Shown: positions 1 through 10,560 of the stretch, one piece after another
Layout of the letters: every line of letters begins with the position of its first letter
Numbering within the stretch: position 1 is the first letter of the stretch
From: Nostoc sp.
Lineage (GTDB): Bacteria > Cyanobacteriota > Cyanobacteriia > Cyanobacteriales > Nostocaceae
Length of the DNA stretch: 64,000 nucleotides
Assembly (NCBI GenBank): GCA_036918135.1
Contig: JBALDB010000056.1
Span: 160,001 to 224,000, forward strand
Direction of reading: 5' to 3'
Notes under the pieces: generated by a model
Seen by the model: only the letters and a program-made list of their open reading frames with translations
Told to the model about the DNA's origin: nothing
Databases searched by the model: none
Translations under genes and position numbers: made by a program

Positions 1-226
1 CGCTACTCACTCCCTGCAACCGTACCCCTACTGTACCCGTACCACCAACCCTGACAGACTCAGTTTCTAGAGTTATTGGCACTGGAGTAATTACTAATTC
101 CCGTTCAACTCCTGTTAAATAAACTACACCCCGTCGTGTCACCAATACTCTATCAGCGTAGACTATAACAGCTACAATCTCGCTTTCTACTGTTTTGCGC
201 CAAGAGTGAATTTCCGGGTTAACCAC
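1..226 (-). CDS. DUF4140/DUF4139 (MuiA-like) protein, N-terminal part; runs off the window edge
   Basis: Manual translation from GTG at 226: VVNPEIHSWRKTVESEIVAVIVYADRVLVTRRG...ETESVRVGGTG, a DUF4140-type N-terminal motif. Confidence 0.7.
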   Translation of the reverse strand, partial: MVNPEIHSWRKTVESEIVAVIVYADRVLVTRRGVVYLTGVERELVITPVPITLETESVRVGGTGTVGVRLQGVSS

Positions 227-372
227 TGCCAGTTTTCTCCCATTTTTAATGGTTCTGCTGGTTAATTGTTAATGTTTCTGGCTGTAACCGTCAACCCCTT
301 TAAAGAATTCAAAATTAAATAACCAAAATTCAAACATTTTCCCAAGAGTACCCAATCCCAAATCAGCTAAGT

Positions 373-1314
373 TTATCCAGGAATTGCTTCAACGGTACTA
401 TAGCTATAAGTAGCGTTTTGCTCTACAATAGTTTTCGCCGTAGCCAGCAGATAATCATAATAGGCACGAGCAACGATAGATAGCTGTTTTCCTGATGGGT
501 AAACCATGTACCAATCTCGCTTAATAGGGAAATATTGAACATCTAAAATGCTGAACTCTGCTGCATCTAACAGTAAGGTATGGCGAGATAATACAGAAAT
601 TCCTAAACCACCTACAATCGCTTGTTTAATTGCTTCATTACTTCCTAATTCCAGCTTGACTTTTACCTTTACCTCTTGTTCATCAAATAAGCTTTGGACA
701 GCGCGACGGGTTCCCGAACCTGGTTCCCGCATAATAAAAGGTTCTTCAGCCAGACGTTGTATGGGAATATTTTTTTCTCTCGATAAACGATGATTAATCG
801 GTGCAAAGACTATTAAAGGGTTTTCTAAAAATGGTTGGCAAGTTATATCCATATTCTCTGGAATTTGGCTCATAATATACAAATCATCCAAATTTTGAGT
901 CATCCGTTCCAAAATTTGTTCGTGATTTGTGACTTGTAACGAGATATCTATTCCTGGATAAAGTTCGCAAAACCGCCCTAATAAACGAGGGATAAAATAC
1001 TTGGCTGTTGTAATCACTGCCAACCGTAGTTGTCCTTGTTTTAGCCCTTTTAAATCTGCTACCTTCATTTCAAACTGGGCTATATTATCAAAAATCTGCC
1101 GACAAGTAGCAAATAATTCTCTTCCTGCCTCTGTCAAATACAACCGCTTCCCCACCTGCTCAAATAATGGCAACCCTACGGATTTTGTCAGTTGCTTAAT
1201 CTGCATGGAAACAGTAGGTTGAGTGAGAAACAATTCCTCAGCAGCACGAGTAAAGCTACTGTGCCGTGCCGCTGCCTCGAACACTTTTAACTGGTGCAGC
1301 GTCGCTTGATTCAA
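373..1314 (-). CDS. cmpR: LysR-type regulator, CbbR/CmpR/NdhR subfamily
   Basis: HTH TLHQLKVFEAAARHSSFTRAAEELFLTQPTVS, REPGSGTR, LGSNEAIKQ; directly downstream of ccmO; probable TTG start at 1314 after AGGAG. Confidence 0.8.
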   Translation of the reverse strand: MNQATLHQLKVFEAAARHSSFTRAAEELFLTQPTVSMQIKQLTKSVGLPLFEQVGKRLYLTEAGRELFATCRQIFDNIAQFEMKVADLKGLKQGQLRLAVITTAKYFIPRLLGRFCELYPGIDISLQVTNHEQILERMTQNLDDLYIMSQIPENMDITCQPFLENPLIVFAPINHRLSREKNIPIQRLAEEPFIMREPGSGTRRAVQSLFDEQEVKVKVKLELGSNEAIKQAIVGGLGISVLSRHTLLLDAAEFSILDVQYFPIKRDWYMVYPSGKQLSIVARAYYDYLLATAKTIVEQNATYSYSTVEAIPG

Positions 1315-1419
1315 GGGAGATTCTCCTGTAAATAGCAATTCATAGATATATATCTAGTATTACTGAACAGTTGCAATTTATATAGCGATGCTTATAGAAA
1401 GTCGGGGGTTTTATTTATT

Positions 1420-1435
1420 ATAGATAAAACTCTAT
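1420..1435. promoter_or_regulatory. ATAG-N8-CTAT LysR (CmpR/NdhR-type) operator, probably autoregulatory
   Basis: ATAGataaaactCTAT about 105 bp upstream of the LysR gene start. Confidence 0.6.
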
Positions 1436-1572
1436 TATCGCTATTCAAAGAAAAATATTTGATTTTTGAATTGAAAAAGCTATTATCAAAACAATAAGAA
1501 AAGCGTAAGATGCCTTCTAGTTGACGGTGAATGTTGAATGCTGAATGTGTAGTTTTCACAATTTATTGTTCT

Positions 1573-2361
1573 TCATTCATCATTCCATAATTCTTCTGCA
1601 ACTTTTGTCGGTAGTTTAGTTAAATCTGGTAATCTTAACATTTCGATTTCGGCAACTTGCTCTTTGATATTCACTGGCAAGTTTAATGGTTGATTTTCTT
1701 CTATCCAGCAACTTGCTAATGGCAAGGTTTGTTCCATTTCGTCTAGGGGTCGAGGAATCACCATCACTGCATTTAACTCCCCAATGCGTTCTGCCTCAAA
1801 CATCCCAGCTTCCACTGCTACGGCAACATTGGCTACAGAACCACGAATAATCGCTGTACACAAACCCGCACCAATTTTTTCATAAGCTGCTAAATGGACA
1901 TCAGCAGCTTTGAGCATGGCATCACACGCGCCCACCATCGCTGGGAATCCTCGCGTTTCTACCAAACCAATTGCCTGATTACTCAGACGACTGGAATTAC
2001 CCTCTTCCATCAATTTAGTAAAACGCGCAGTGATCGGAAGTACTATATCTAAGTTGGGATAAGGTCGGGGAATTACTAAGCTAGAAACCAGCTGACCAAA
2101 TTGTTCAGCAGTTTGGACACCTGATTCTACCGCAAGACGTACATCCGCAATTCCACCCCGGACGATCGCAGTACAATGACCGCTACCAATTTTTTCATAA
2201 CCAACTAGGTGAACTCCAGCAGATTTTAGCATCATATCTGCTGTTCCAACGATTGCTGGGAAGCTGAGGGTAGAAACTAAGCCCAAAGCAGTATCCTTGA
2301 GGTCGTCGAATTGACCCGATGAATGCATAGTACTCATAGACCGTTGATTAAATGTTTCCAT
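1573..2361 (-). CDS. ccmO: Carboxysome tandem-BMC shell protein CcmO
   Basis: Two BMC domains (GYEKIGSG / AYEKIGAG); follows ccmN. Confidence 0.93.
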   Translation of the reverse strand: METFNQRSMSTMHSSGQFDDLKDTALGLVSTLSFPAIVGTADMMLKSAGVHLVGYEKIGSGHCTAIVRGGIADVRLAVESGVQTAEQFGQLVSSLVIPRPYPNLDIVLPITARFTKLMEEGNSSRLSNQAIGLVETRGFPAMVGACDAMLKAADVHLAAYEKIGAGLCTAIIRGSVANVAVAVEAGMFEAERIGELNAVMVIPRPLDEMEQTLPLASCWIEENQPLNLPVNIKEQVAEIEMLRLPDLTKLPTKVAEELWNDE

Positions 2362-2417
2362 GTGAATTTTCCAAGATACGGAAAAGGCCGACAACTTACA
2401 ATTAACACTTACTCAGA

Positions 2418-3158
2418 CTAATCGTCAGAGTTTTGGTCGCTCAAGGATTGTCTATGGGGAAACAATGTGGTCAAAAGTCTTTGTATACTGCCTTGCCCAT
2501 AAATTTGAGTCCCGAAATTGTTAGGGGATTCTGTGGTTGGCACAGTTGGGTCTTCTTGGGGGGGTGGTTGCAAACTTGAGTCAGCATCACTCACAGGCTT
2601 CTCTGGTGGAGGAGACTGGGTTTGTGCAGTGGCGGGAGATTTAAAGAAGGAAATTGAACGCCCTTTTAACTCTACAAAACCTGAAGCTGATAAGTTAGTT
2701 GAAGAAATTACCTTTTGTTCGCCTTCCCCTAAGCCATTATCGTTTTGGGCAGTTGTCGAAGCTGGATTATTTAGGGATGGATTGAGTTGTTGTGTTTGAC
2801 TAATTTGGCGACTGGTATCTCCCAAAATTGAACCAGATGGAATTACTTGTCCAGGTTCAACTGAACAATTGAAAATCGTTGTTGCTGAACCAATGCAAGC
2901 ATTTGCTCCAATTTTGCCCTTGCCAACCATCAAAAAACCGGCTCCCAGGTTTGCGCCTGCTTCTACCTCTAGGGTTCCTTCATGGACTTGGAGAATTGAC
3001 CCCATACCAATACAGACCCCTGGCCCAATGACGATCTTGCTGTTTGCAGCTGCTTGGAGTATTACCCCAGGTGCGAGTACCGCGCTTGGATCAACACTCA
3101 CCTCACCACTAATGTAAGAATCAAAGTTATTGCTGAGGCGCAGTGGCGGCACAGACAT
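2418..3158 (-). CDS. ccmN: Carboxysome assembly protein CcmN
   Basis: Hexapeptide-repeat N-terminus and C-terminal encapsulation peptide IYGQGSIQRLLTTLFPHRQ. Confidence 0.93.
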   Translation of the reverse strand: MSVPPLRLSNNFDSYISGEVSVDPSAVLAPGVILQAAANSKIVIGPGVCIGMGSILQVHEGTLEVEAGANLGAGFLMVGKGKIGANACIGSATTIFNCSVEPGQVIPSGSILGDTSRQISQTQQLNPSLNNPASTTAQNDNGLGEGEQKVISSTNLSASGFVELKGRSISFFKSPATAQTQSPPPEKPVSDADSSLQPPPQEDPTVPTTESPNNFGTQIYGQGSIQRLLTTLFPHRQSLSDQNSDD

Positions 3159-3347
3159 GGAAATTTTAACCTCGAAAGGCACAAGAAATTAGAGATTTAG
3201 GAGTTAGAAGTCAAGAGTGAGGAATTAGTTCAAAGTAAGGAGTTATAAATTTTTAGTTTAGAGTTATGAATTCAAAATCTTTTTCAACTCCTAACTCCTA
3301 ACCAAAGCAACCCAAACGTCTTTGGTGAGGCTCCTAACTCCTAACTC

Positions 3348-5090
3348 TTAAGGACGTTGAATAATAGTTTCCAATACCCGACGCTTGGCTTTGGGGTCAA
3401 TACCAATCAAGCGTACATATTCTCCTTGATATTGAGCGAGGTGCGCTTCTACAGCTGCTATGGCTTCTCTCTCTGAAGAGCCTTTAATTGGCCCGCTACT
3501 AGTCCACGAACCTGTACGGAAGCGTCGCTGATCTACATGTTCAATGCTGATTTTATATCCTCCAGCCAATAATTGTCTTAACTGGTCTACTACTTCAGAA
3601 TCTAAACGTGTACTGGTAGCTGTTGCCCTTCCTGAATAAGAAGACTCACTGCTATATGATTTTTGACCGCCACTGCTATATGATTTTTGACTACCACTAC
3701 TAAATGATTTTTGACTACCACTATTAGAGGAACCTACTTGACCATTAGGACGTTGGATGATAGTTTCTAGTACCCGCCGTTTAGCTTTGGTGTCAATGCC
3801 AATTAAACGTACATACTCGCCTTGATGGTTGCCTATACACTCTTCTACAGCTGAAATCACTGCATTTGTCGAAGTTGCTTCAATTGACTTGCAACTACTC
3901 CAAGAACCAGTCCGGAAGCGGCGCTCATCCACGTGTTCGGTGCCAACTTTATAACCACCAGCCAAAAGTTGGCGAATTTGCTCTACAGTTTCGTTATCAA
4001 TTTTGCCGCTGCCAGAGCCGTTACTATAGCTGTCACTATAGCTGTCACTATAGCTGTTACCATAGCCATTATTGCTGCTATAATTGCCATTGCTAGAACT
4101 ACTAGGAGCTCTAAAGCTGGTAGCTGGTCTCACTTCACCATCGGGACGTTGGATGATTGTCTCTAACACCCTTCGTCTACCTTTATCAATGCCAAACAGC
4201 CGGACATATTCACCACTGTGGTTTCTGACACAAGTTTCCAAAGCGCCGATCGCTTCATTTAAAGATCTCGGTTCGATTGGCTGGCAACTAGTCCAAGAAC
4301 CCGTCCGGAACCGTCTTTGGTCTACATGCTCCGTGCCAATTTTATACCCTTGCTGTAATAGATAGCGCAACTGCTCTATTGTTTCTGTACTTAAGTTATT
4401 ACTCGACACGTTACTACTCCTTTCCAACTCTAAAACAGTAATACCATTACCTGTATAAGATTTAGCAATTTCATCCCGAATGGGGGTTATACATTTGGTA
4501 TCCTCAGCACAGAGATAACCAGCTCGTAGTGCCTGATTAATCCCAACCACATGATGAGCGAATTCTTTATCTTGATCTTGCACATCTGGCAAGCGGTCAG
4601 CTTGCTGCTGGCTAGTAATTATTGCTCCTGAAGGTACATACTTTCCTGGGGGAATTTCTACATCTTGAATTAAAGCGTGCATCATCACGATGCAACCTGC
4701 ACCTACCCTGGCATTAAACACTGTAGAGCGAAAGCCGATGAAGGAATTATCTCCTACATAAGCTGGCCCGTGAATTAGAGCCATGTGAGTAATGCAAGCA
4801 TTTTTGCCTATCCATACCGAGTATTTATTTTGGTCGTCGCCAAGTACTCGACCTTGCTCCAACCCATGAATTACAACACCATCTTGAATATTAGTATTTT
4901 CACCAAGATAAAAGGGTGTGCCTTCATCCGCTCTAATCGTAGTCCCCGGAGCAACGATTACATTTGCACCTAAGCGTACATCTCCAATCAAATTGGAATA
5001 TGTATGTACAAAAGCAGTTTTATGGATTTGGGGTTCAGCTAAATTCTTTGACCACGGGGTTGGGGGTGCCGCCGTGCTGCGGACTACCAT
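3348..5090 (-). CDS. ccmM: CcmM: gamma-carbonic anhydrase domain plus three RbcS-like domains
   Basis: AAPPTPWS...IRADEGTPF...NIQDGVVIH; three [12 protein letters not shown]...YVRL.GID...[11 protein letters not shown] repeats. Confidence 0.97.
   Translation of the reverse strand: MVVRSTAAPPTPWSKNLAEPQIHKTAFVHTYSNLIGDVRLGANVIVAPGTTIRADEGTPFYLGENTNIQDGVVIHGLEQGRVLGDDQNKYSVWIGKNACITHMALIHGPAYVGDNSFIGFRSTVFNARVGAGCIVMMHALIQDVEIPPGKYVPSGAIITSQQQADRLPDVQDQDKEFAHHVVGINQALRAGYLCAEDTKCITPIRDEIAKSYTGNGITVLELERSSNVSSNNLSTETIEQLRYLLQQGYKIGTEHVDQRRFRTGSWTSCQPIEPRSLNEAIGALETCVRNHSGEYVRLFGIDKGRRRVLETIIQRPDGEVRPATSFRAPSSSSNGNYSSNNGYGNSYSDSYSDSYSNGSGSGKIDNETVEQIRQLLAGGYKVGTEHVDERRFRTGSWSSCKSIEATSTNAVISAVEECIGNHQGEYVRLIGIDTKAKRRVLETIIQRPNGQVGSSNSGSQKSFSSGSQKSYSSGGQKSYSSESSYSGRATATSTRLDSEVVDQLRQLLAGGYKISIEHVDQRRFRTGSWTSSGPIKGSSEREAIAAVEAHLAQYQGEYVRLIGIDPKAKRRVLETIIQRP
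4407..4421 (-). promoter_or_regulatory. Internal RBS and GTG start for the short CcmM (M35-type) isoform
   Basis: AGGAG-7nt-GTG (4409) in frame just before the first RbcS-like domain; internal initiation in ccmM is established. Confidence 0.65.
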
Positions 5091-5107
5091 TGCAAGATTC
5101 CTCCTCT

Positions 5108-5224
5108 ATGTCATTTGTCTTTTGTCATTTGTCATTTGTCTTTTGTCATTTGTCAGTTGTCCTTTGTTACTCACTAATGACTAATGACTAATGACCAATG
5201 ACTAATGACCAATGACTAATGACT
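5108..5224. repeat. STRR2-type heptamer tandem repeats (TTTGTCA then ACTAATG, in inverted arrangement)
   Basis: Visible 7-mer arrays; similar arrays at about 20326-20400, 38190-38232 and 50476-50535. Confidence 0.85.
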
Positions 5225-5525
5225 ACCTATATTGATCTTTTTTGCTGTAAATTAGGCGATCTGCTAGGTTAATGGTGTCTATAATTGCCACCACTGCTGC
5301 ATCTAATGGACGCTGTTCATTGCCAACAACTTGACGAGCGGCACTGCCACGAGTGACGAGTACCCACTCATCTACTCCTGCTCCCACAGTATCTGCTGCT
5401 ACTTCATACTGTGGTAGGATATTTCCGTCTTCATCCACTAATTGTAACAACAGTAGCTTTACACCTCTAAGACTTGGGTCTTTTTGCGTACTAACTACTG
5501 TGCCGCGAACTTTGGCAACTTGCAT
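5223..5525 (-). CDS. ccmL: Carboxysome pentamer CcmL
   Basis: MQVAKVRGTVVSTQK...GAGVDEWVLVTRGSAAR. Confidence 0.97.
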   Translation of the reverse strand: MQVAKVRGTVVSTQKDPSLRGVKLLLLQLVDEDGNILPQYEVAADTVGAGVDEWVLVTRGSAARQVVGNEQRPLDAAVVAIIDTINLADRLIYSKKDQYR

Positions 5526-5531
5526 TACAAA

Positions 5532-5876
5532 TTATGGTCTTCTACCAAAAGGACGAATTGCATTCACATTTTCCCGGAATTGCTCTACGTCTTCTGTATA
5601 ACGAATTGGCAGGACGTATTCTAAGTTTTCGTGAGGACGAGCAATGATGTGAGTAGACAGTACTTGTCCGCCGTTGACTCGTTTGACCGATTCAACTCCT
5701 GCGGCTACGGAAGCTTGAACTTCTGATACGTCTCCCCGCACAATCACTGTCACCCGACCACTACCGATTTTTTCATAACCTACTAGAGTCACACGGGCTG
5801 CTTTCACCATTGCATCAGCAGCTTCCACTACCGCTGGAAAGCCTAGTGTTTCAACCATTCCTACTGCGATCGACAT
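5532..5876 (-). CDS. ccmK1: Carboxysome shell hexamer CcmK1
   Basis: BMC domain with C-terminal extension (114 aa). Confidence 0.92.
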   Translation of the reverse strand: MSIAVGMVETLGFPAVVEAADAMVKAARVTLVGYEKIGSGRVTVIVRGDVSEVQASVAAGVESVKRVNGGQVLSTHIIARPHENLEYVLPIRYTEDVEQFRENVNAIRPFGRRP

Positions 5877-5965
5877 TAGTTTTAATCCTTATTTAAAGTT
5901 TTAGCCTTGGACACAAACGATGCTCAAAAAACTAGAAAGCGTTAATTACTTTGTTTAAACGGCTT

Positions 5966-6274
5966 TTAGGTACGGAACTGTTCCACAGCTTCTGTGTAAC
6001 GTATCGGCAAGACGTACTCAAGGTTTTCGTGAGGACGAGCAATAATGTGTGTGGATAACACTTCACCACCATTGACTCTTCTGGCTGCTTCCACCCCAGC
6101 AGCTACGGAAGCTTGAACTTCCGATACGTCTCCCCTAACTATCACGGTGACGCGAGCGCTACCAATTTTCTCGTATCCTACTAAAGTGACACGGGCAGCT
6201 TTTACCATCGCATCAGCAGCTTCCACGACTGCTGGAAAGCCCTTCGTTTCAATCATTCCAACTGCAATTGGCAT
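5966..6274 (-). CDS. ccmK2: Carboxysome shell hexamer CcmK2
   Basis: BMC domain, 102 aa, first gene of the operon. Confidence 0.92.
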   Translation of the reverse strand: MPIAVGMIETKGFPAVVEAADAMVKAARVTLVGYEKIGSARVTVIVRGDVSEVQASVAAGVEAARRVNGGEVLSTHIIARPHENLEYVLPIRYTEAVEQFRT

Positions 6275-6930
6275 CGCAGAACTCCTACAAAATTAATCCA
6301 ATCGGTACTGTTATTTGAAAATTTTGACGGGGAGAGCTTGATCTTAGAGCTAAGAAAACACTTCCAAATTAAGCATAGGAAAGCTTGGCGTCCCTGGCAA
6401 TATAAATCACTATAATAGTTTATGATAAAAAAGTTTTAAAAAACTTAACAAAAATTTATCTGTGTCCATGAGCAATTAAAGTTCGCTGATTCCTAGAGCA
6501 GCTACTTATGCTTTATAATTTCTTTATGACATTTACAAAACGAGATTCATAGCCAAGGCTAATTCGATCTGGGAAGGGACGAGCAGTCGCTGTATGTTCT
6601 GCTGGTTCTATCTTTCTTCAGTTTTTGCTACATCTACAAGGACTAGGTGAAAAATATATAAATTTTTCAAATATATTGTATAAATTACTTGAGTCAAAGT
6701 AGAAATACAAATAAAAACAGGGATGATATTAAGGCAAGTAAATGCTTTTGCTTATGTGAAGTTATATTTTACTGAAGTTTAATAGAGTAAAAGTAAGTAA
6801 AAATACTCCGAAGTTACAGTAGAAACAATAGTAAAGAAAGATTGAGGTTTTGGCAAATTAATTTGTATGAAACAAATAGTTGTCTGAAAGCTTTTTTAAA
6901 ATCAAGGCTAAGTCGTCAAGGTAAATTTAA

Positions 6931-8787
6931 ATGAGTCAATTTTTATTTTTAACAAGTTGGTTTGTGCCGTTATATAGCTTATCCGGCGCAATTTTGACCT
7001 TACCGTGGGGGTTGGGAATAATCCGGCGAACAGGGCCAAGACCTGCGGCATACATCAACTTGTTGACGACCGTTTTGGCTTTTGTCCATAGCTTGTTTGT
7101 ATTTAAAGATATTTGGGATAAAGAACCAGTAAAGTTATTGGTTAATTGGTTCAAAGCTGCGGATTTAGACTTATCCTTTGCCTTGGAACTCTCACCAGTA
7201 AGTATCGGGGCAACAGTTTTAATTACAGGCTTAAGCTTACTGGCACAAGTTTACGCCTTGGGTTACATGGAAAAAGACTGGTCGTTAGCGCGTTTTTTTG
7301 CGTTGCTGGGATTTTTTGAAGCGGCACTGAGTGCTCTAGCAATCAGTGATTCTCTATTTTTCAGCTATGCTCTTTTGGAAGTCCTGACACTTTCAACTTA
7401 CTTGCTGGTGGGGTTCTGGTATGCTCAACCATTAGTGGTGACAGCAGCGCGAGATGCATTTTTAACTAAACGGGTGGGAGACTTATTACTGCTGATGGCT
7501 GTAGTCACCCTTTCCACCTTGGCTGGCAGTTTGAACTTTTCCGATTTATATGAGTGGGCGCAAACAGCTAATTTAAGCCCAATTACATCCACATTATTGG
7601 GGTTGGCTTTAATTGCTGGCCCTGCGGGTAAATGTGCCCAGTTTCCCCTGCACCTGTGGTTAGATGAAGCGATGGAAGGGCCGAACCCCGCCTCAGTAAT
7701 GCGAAATTCCTTGGTAGTAGCTGGTGGTGCTTATTTGCTATTTAAACTGCAACCATTGTTAGCCCTCTCACCAGTTGCCTTGAATGTTTTGGTAGTTATG
7801 GGCACGGTAACAGCAATTGGTGCAACATTAGTATCCATAGCCCAAATAGACATTAAACGAGCCTTATCTCATTCTACTAGTGCATACATGGGGTTAGCGT
7901 TTTTGGCAGTAGGCTTACAGCAAGGGGGTGTAGCCTTGATGTTGCTGTTAACCCATGCGATCGCCAAAGCATTATTATTTATGAGTTCTGGTTCAGTAAT
8001 ATTAACTACCCAAAGCCAAGACTTAACGGAAATGGGCGGTCTGTGGTCAAGGATGCCAGCTACCACCACTGCCTACGTTGTCGGTTCGGCAGGAATGGTC
8101 ACACTTTTACCACTAGGAAGCTTCTGGGCAATGTTAGCATGGGCTGACGGTTTTGTAAGTATTAGCCCTTGGGTGATTGGAGTTTTATTATTAGTCAATG
8201 GCTTGACAGCATTGAACTTGACCAGAGTATTTAGATTAGTTTTCTGGGGGAAACCGCAACCCAAGACCCGCCGTACCCCAGAAGTTGGTTGGTCGATGGC
8301 CTTGCCAATGGTGACTTTAATAGTATTGACTTTGCTTTTACCCCTAATGCTACAGCAATGGTATCTGCTACCTGATTGGGAAAGTATTAATTGGTATGTA
8401 GCATTAGCGCTATTTGCTTCTACAGTACTAGGAGTAGTTGTAGGCTCTACAGTTTATCTGCACAAAGCTTGGTCAAGATCGAGAATTTTAACATGGAGAT
8501 TTGTCCAGGATTTGTTGGGTTATGACTTTTATATAGACCGAGTTTATCGACTCACCATAGTGAATGCAGTTGCACTGCTATCTAAGATTTCTGCTTGGAG
8601 CGATCGCTATTTGGTTGACGGTATAGTGAACTTAGTTGGCTTTGCTACAATTTTTGGCGGACAAAGTTTAAAGTACAGCATTTCTGGACAATCCCAAGGT
8701 TATATGTTGACCATCCTAGCTGTCGTCAGCATCCTGGGCTTTTTCATCAGCTGGTCGTTAGGTTTATTAAATAAATTGCCTTTTTAA
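6931..8787 (+). CDS. ndhF4: NDH-1 CO2-uptake subunit NdhF4
   Basis: ND5-type protein (AGKCAQFPLHLWLDEAMEGP) in an operon with ndhD and cupB. Confidence 0.88.
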   Translation: MSQFLFLTSWFVPLYSLSGAILTLPWGLGIIRRTGPRPAAYINLLTTVLAFVHSLFVFKDIWDKEPVKLLVNWFKAADLDLSFALELSPVSIGATVLITGLSLLAQVYALGYMEKDWSLARFFALLGFFEAALSALAISDSLFFSYALLEVLTLSTYLLVGFWYAQPLVVTAARDAFLTKRVGDLLLLMAVVTLSTLAGSLNFSDLYEWAQTANLSPITSTLLGLALIAGPAGKCAQFPLHLWLDEAMEGPNPASVMRNSLVVAGGAYLLFKLQPLLALSPVALNVLVVMGTVTAIGATLVSIAQIDIKRALSHSTSAYMGLAFLAVGLQQGGVALMLLLTHAIAKALLFMSSGSVILTTQSQDLTEMGGLWSRMPATTTAYVVGSAGMVTLLPLGSFWAMLAWADGFVSISPWVIGVLLLVNGLTALNLTRVFRLVFWGKPQPKTRRTPEVGWSMALPMVTLIVLTLLLPLMLQQWYLLPDWESINWYVALALFASTVLGVVVGSTVYLHKAWSRSRILTWRFVQDLLGYDFYIDRVYRLTIVNAVALLSKISAWSDRYLVDGIVNLVGFATIFGGQSLKYSISGQSQGYMLTILAVVSILGFFISWSLGLLNKLPF

Positions 8788-8867
8788 GTAGAGACAAGGG
8801 TTAACCCTTGTCTCTACAAGTTTCTCCCGTTGCCTCCCCATCCCCTCATCCCCCTTACCTGAAGTCT

Positions 8868-10367
8868 ATGCTTAGTGCTTTAATTCTAGTGCCGTTGATT
8901 GGCGCAGCTTTAATTGGTTTCTGGCCCTCTAGTATTAGTGGGAAACTTGCCCGTGGGGTAGCTTTGGGCTTTGCGATTACTGTTTTATTTTTGACAGTTG
9001 TATTAACAATTCAGTTCCGTCCTGGAGAAGTTAGTCAACAATTTGCCGAGTCTGTTCCTTGGATAGATGTTTTAGGCTTGAACTATAACCTGGGAGTAGA
9101 TGGTTTATCTTTGCCATTGCTGATCTTAAATGGACTATTAACTTGCATTGCCATCTACAGTAGCGATGAATCCCTTGGGCGTCCTAAATTGTATTACTCT
9201 TTGATACTACTGTTAAGTGTTGGGGTGACAGGAGCTTTTTTAGCACAGGATTTACTGCTATTTTTCCTGTTTTACGAGTTGGAGTTAATTCCGCTATATC
9301 TGTTGATAGCTATTTGGGGTGGTACAAGACGGGGTTATGCTGCAACAAAATTTCTCATTTATACTGCTGTTTCCGGAATCCTGATTTTAGCAAGTTTCTT
9401 AGGTATAGTTTGGCTGAGTGGTTCCTCTAGCTTTGCATTAGCAAGCTTGAACACCACAACTTTACCTTTAGCAACACAACTTTTATTGCTAGTGGGAATT
9501 TTGGTAGGTTTTGGGATAAAAATTCCCTTAGTTCCCTTCCATACTTGGTTGCCAGATGCTCACGTTGAAGCTTCCACACCGATTTCCGTGCTTTTAGCTG
9601 GAGTACTGTTGAAGTTGGGAACTTACGGCTTACTGCGATTTGGCATGAACTTGTTACCACAAGCTTGGAGTTATCTGGCTCCTTGGTTAGCAATTTGGGC
9701 AGTTATAAGTGTATTGTATGGTTCATCGTGTGCGATCGCCCAAACAGATATGAAAAAAATGGTGGCGTACAGTTCTATTGGACACATGGGCTATGTACTG
9801 ATAGCAGCAGCAGCGGCTACACCTTTAAGTGTCTTGGGTGCTGTCATGCAGATGATTAGTCACGGCTTGATTTCTGCAATGCTGTTTTTGTTGGTGGGAG
9901 TTGTGTATAAAAAAGCCGGAAGTCGGGATTTAGAAATCATTAGAGGACTGCTGAACCCAGAACGGGGTATGCCAGTAATCGGTAGCTTGATGATTGTGGG
10001 AGTCATGGCCAGCGCAGGTATACCGGGGATGTTAGGGTTCATTTCCGAATTCGTAGTTTATCGGGGCAGTTTTGCAGTTTTTCCGGTACAAACACTGTTA
10101 TGCATGATTGGTACGGGTTTAACAGCGGTTTATTTTCTATTACTTATGAACCGCGCCTTTTTTGGACGTTTATCTTCACCTGTTGTCAACTTACCACGCG
10201 TGTATTGGAGCGATCGCATTCCCGCTGCAATCTTAGCCTTGCTAATTGTAATTTTTGGCATCCAGCCCTCTTGGTTATCACGCTGGACTGAACCAACAAT
10301 TACAGCGATGGTGAATACTCAAAATGTTGTAGCAACAGTGTCCTTGGATAAGAAAATGGGGAGATGA
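8868..10367 (+). CDS. ndhD4: NDH-1 subunit NdhD4
   Basis: ND4-type protein (KIPLVPFHTWLPDAHVEA); ATG at 8868. Confidence 0.88.
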   Translation: MLSALILVPLIGAALIGFWPSSISGKLARGVALGFAITVLFLTVVLTIQFRPGEVSQQFAESVPWIDVLGLNYNLGVDGLSLPLLILNGLLTCIAIYSSDESLGRPKLYYSLILLLSVGVTGAFLAQDLLLFFLFYELELIPLYLLIAIWGGTRRGYAATKFLIYTAVSGILILASFLGIVWLSGSSSFALASLNTTTLPLATQLLLLVGILVGFGIKIPLVPFHTWLPDAHVEASTPISVLLAGVLLKLGTYGLLRFGMNLLPQAWSYLAPWLAIWAVISVLYGSSCAIAQTDMKKMVAYSSIGHMGYVLIAAAAATPLSVLGAVMQMISHGLISAMLFLLVGVVYKKAGSRDLEIIRGLLNPERGMPVIGSLMIVGVMASAGIPGMLGFISEFVVYRGSFAVFPVQTLLCMIGTGLTAVYFLLLMNRAFFGRLSSPVVNLPRVYWSDRIPAAILALLIVIFGIQPSWLSRWTEPTITAMVNTQNVVATVSLDKKMGR

Positions 10368-10515
10368 GGAAGTGTGGGAAGTGTGGGGAGTGTGGGGAGA
10401 GGGGGGGGAAAGATGACCAGATGAGATAGTGTGGGGAGTGTGGGGGGAAAAATTTATACTTCTGGCTTTCGCCTCTTCTCCATCCTCCCACACCTCCTTT
10501 TTCTCCCACACTCCC
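10366..10515. repeat. G/C-rich 9-mer repeats (GAGTGTGGG / CCCACACTC) in inverted arrangement
   Basis: Visible in sequence; similar block at 56790-56895. Confidence 0.7.
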
Positions 10516-10560
10516 TGTTTGCCCAATGCCCCATGCCTTATACTTTATGGAGAACTAGCA

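Noticed and set aside
10429..10560. N-terminal extensions in the ORF track (cupB, ndhD4, Uma2 at 12668, kinase at 12478, alkA, RHH at 17486)
   Set aside because: They run through intergenic repeats or overlap neighbouring genes; downstream starts fit the families better
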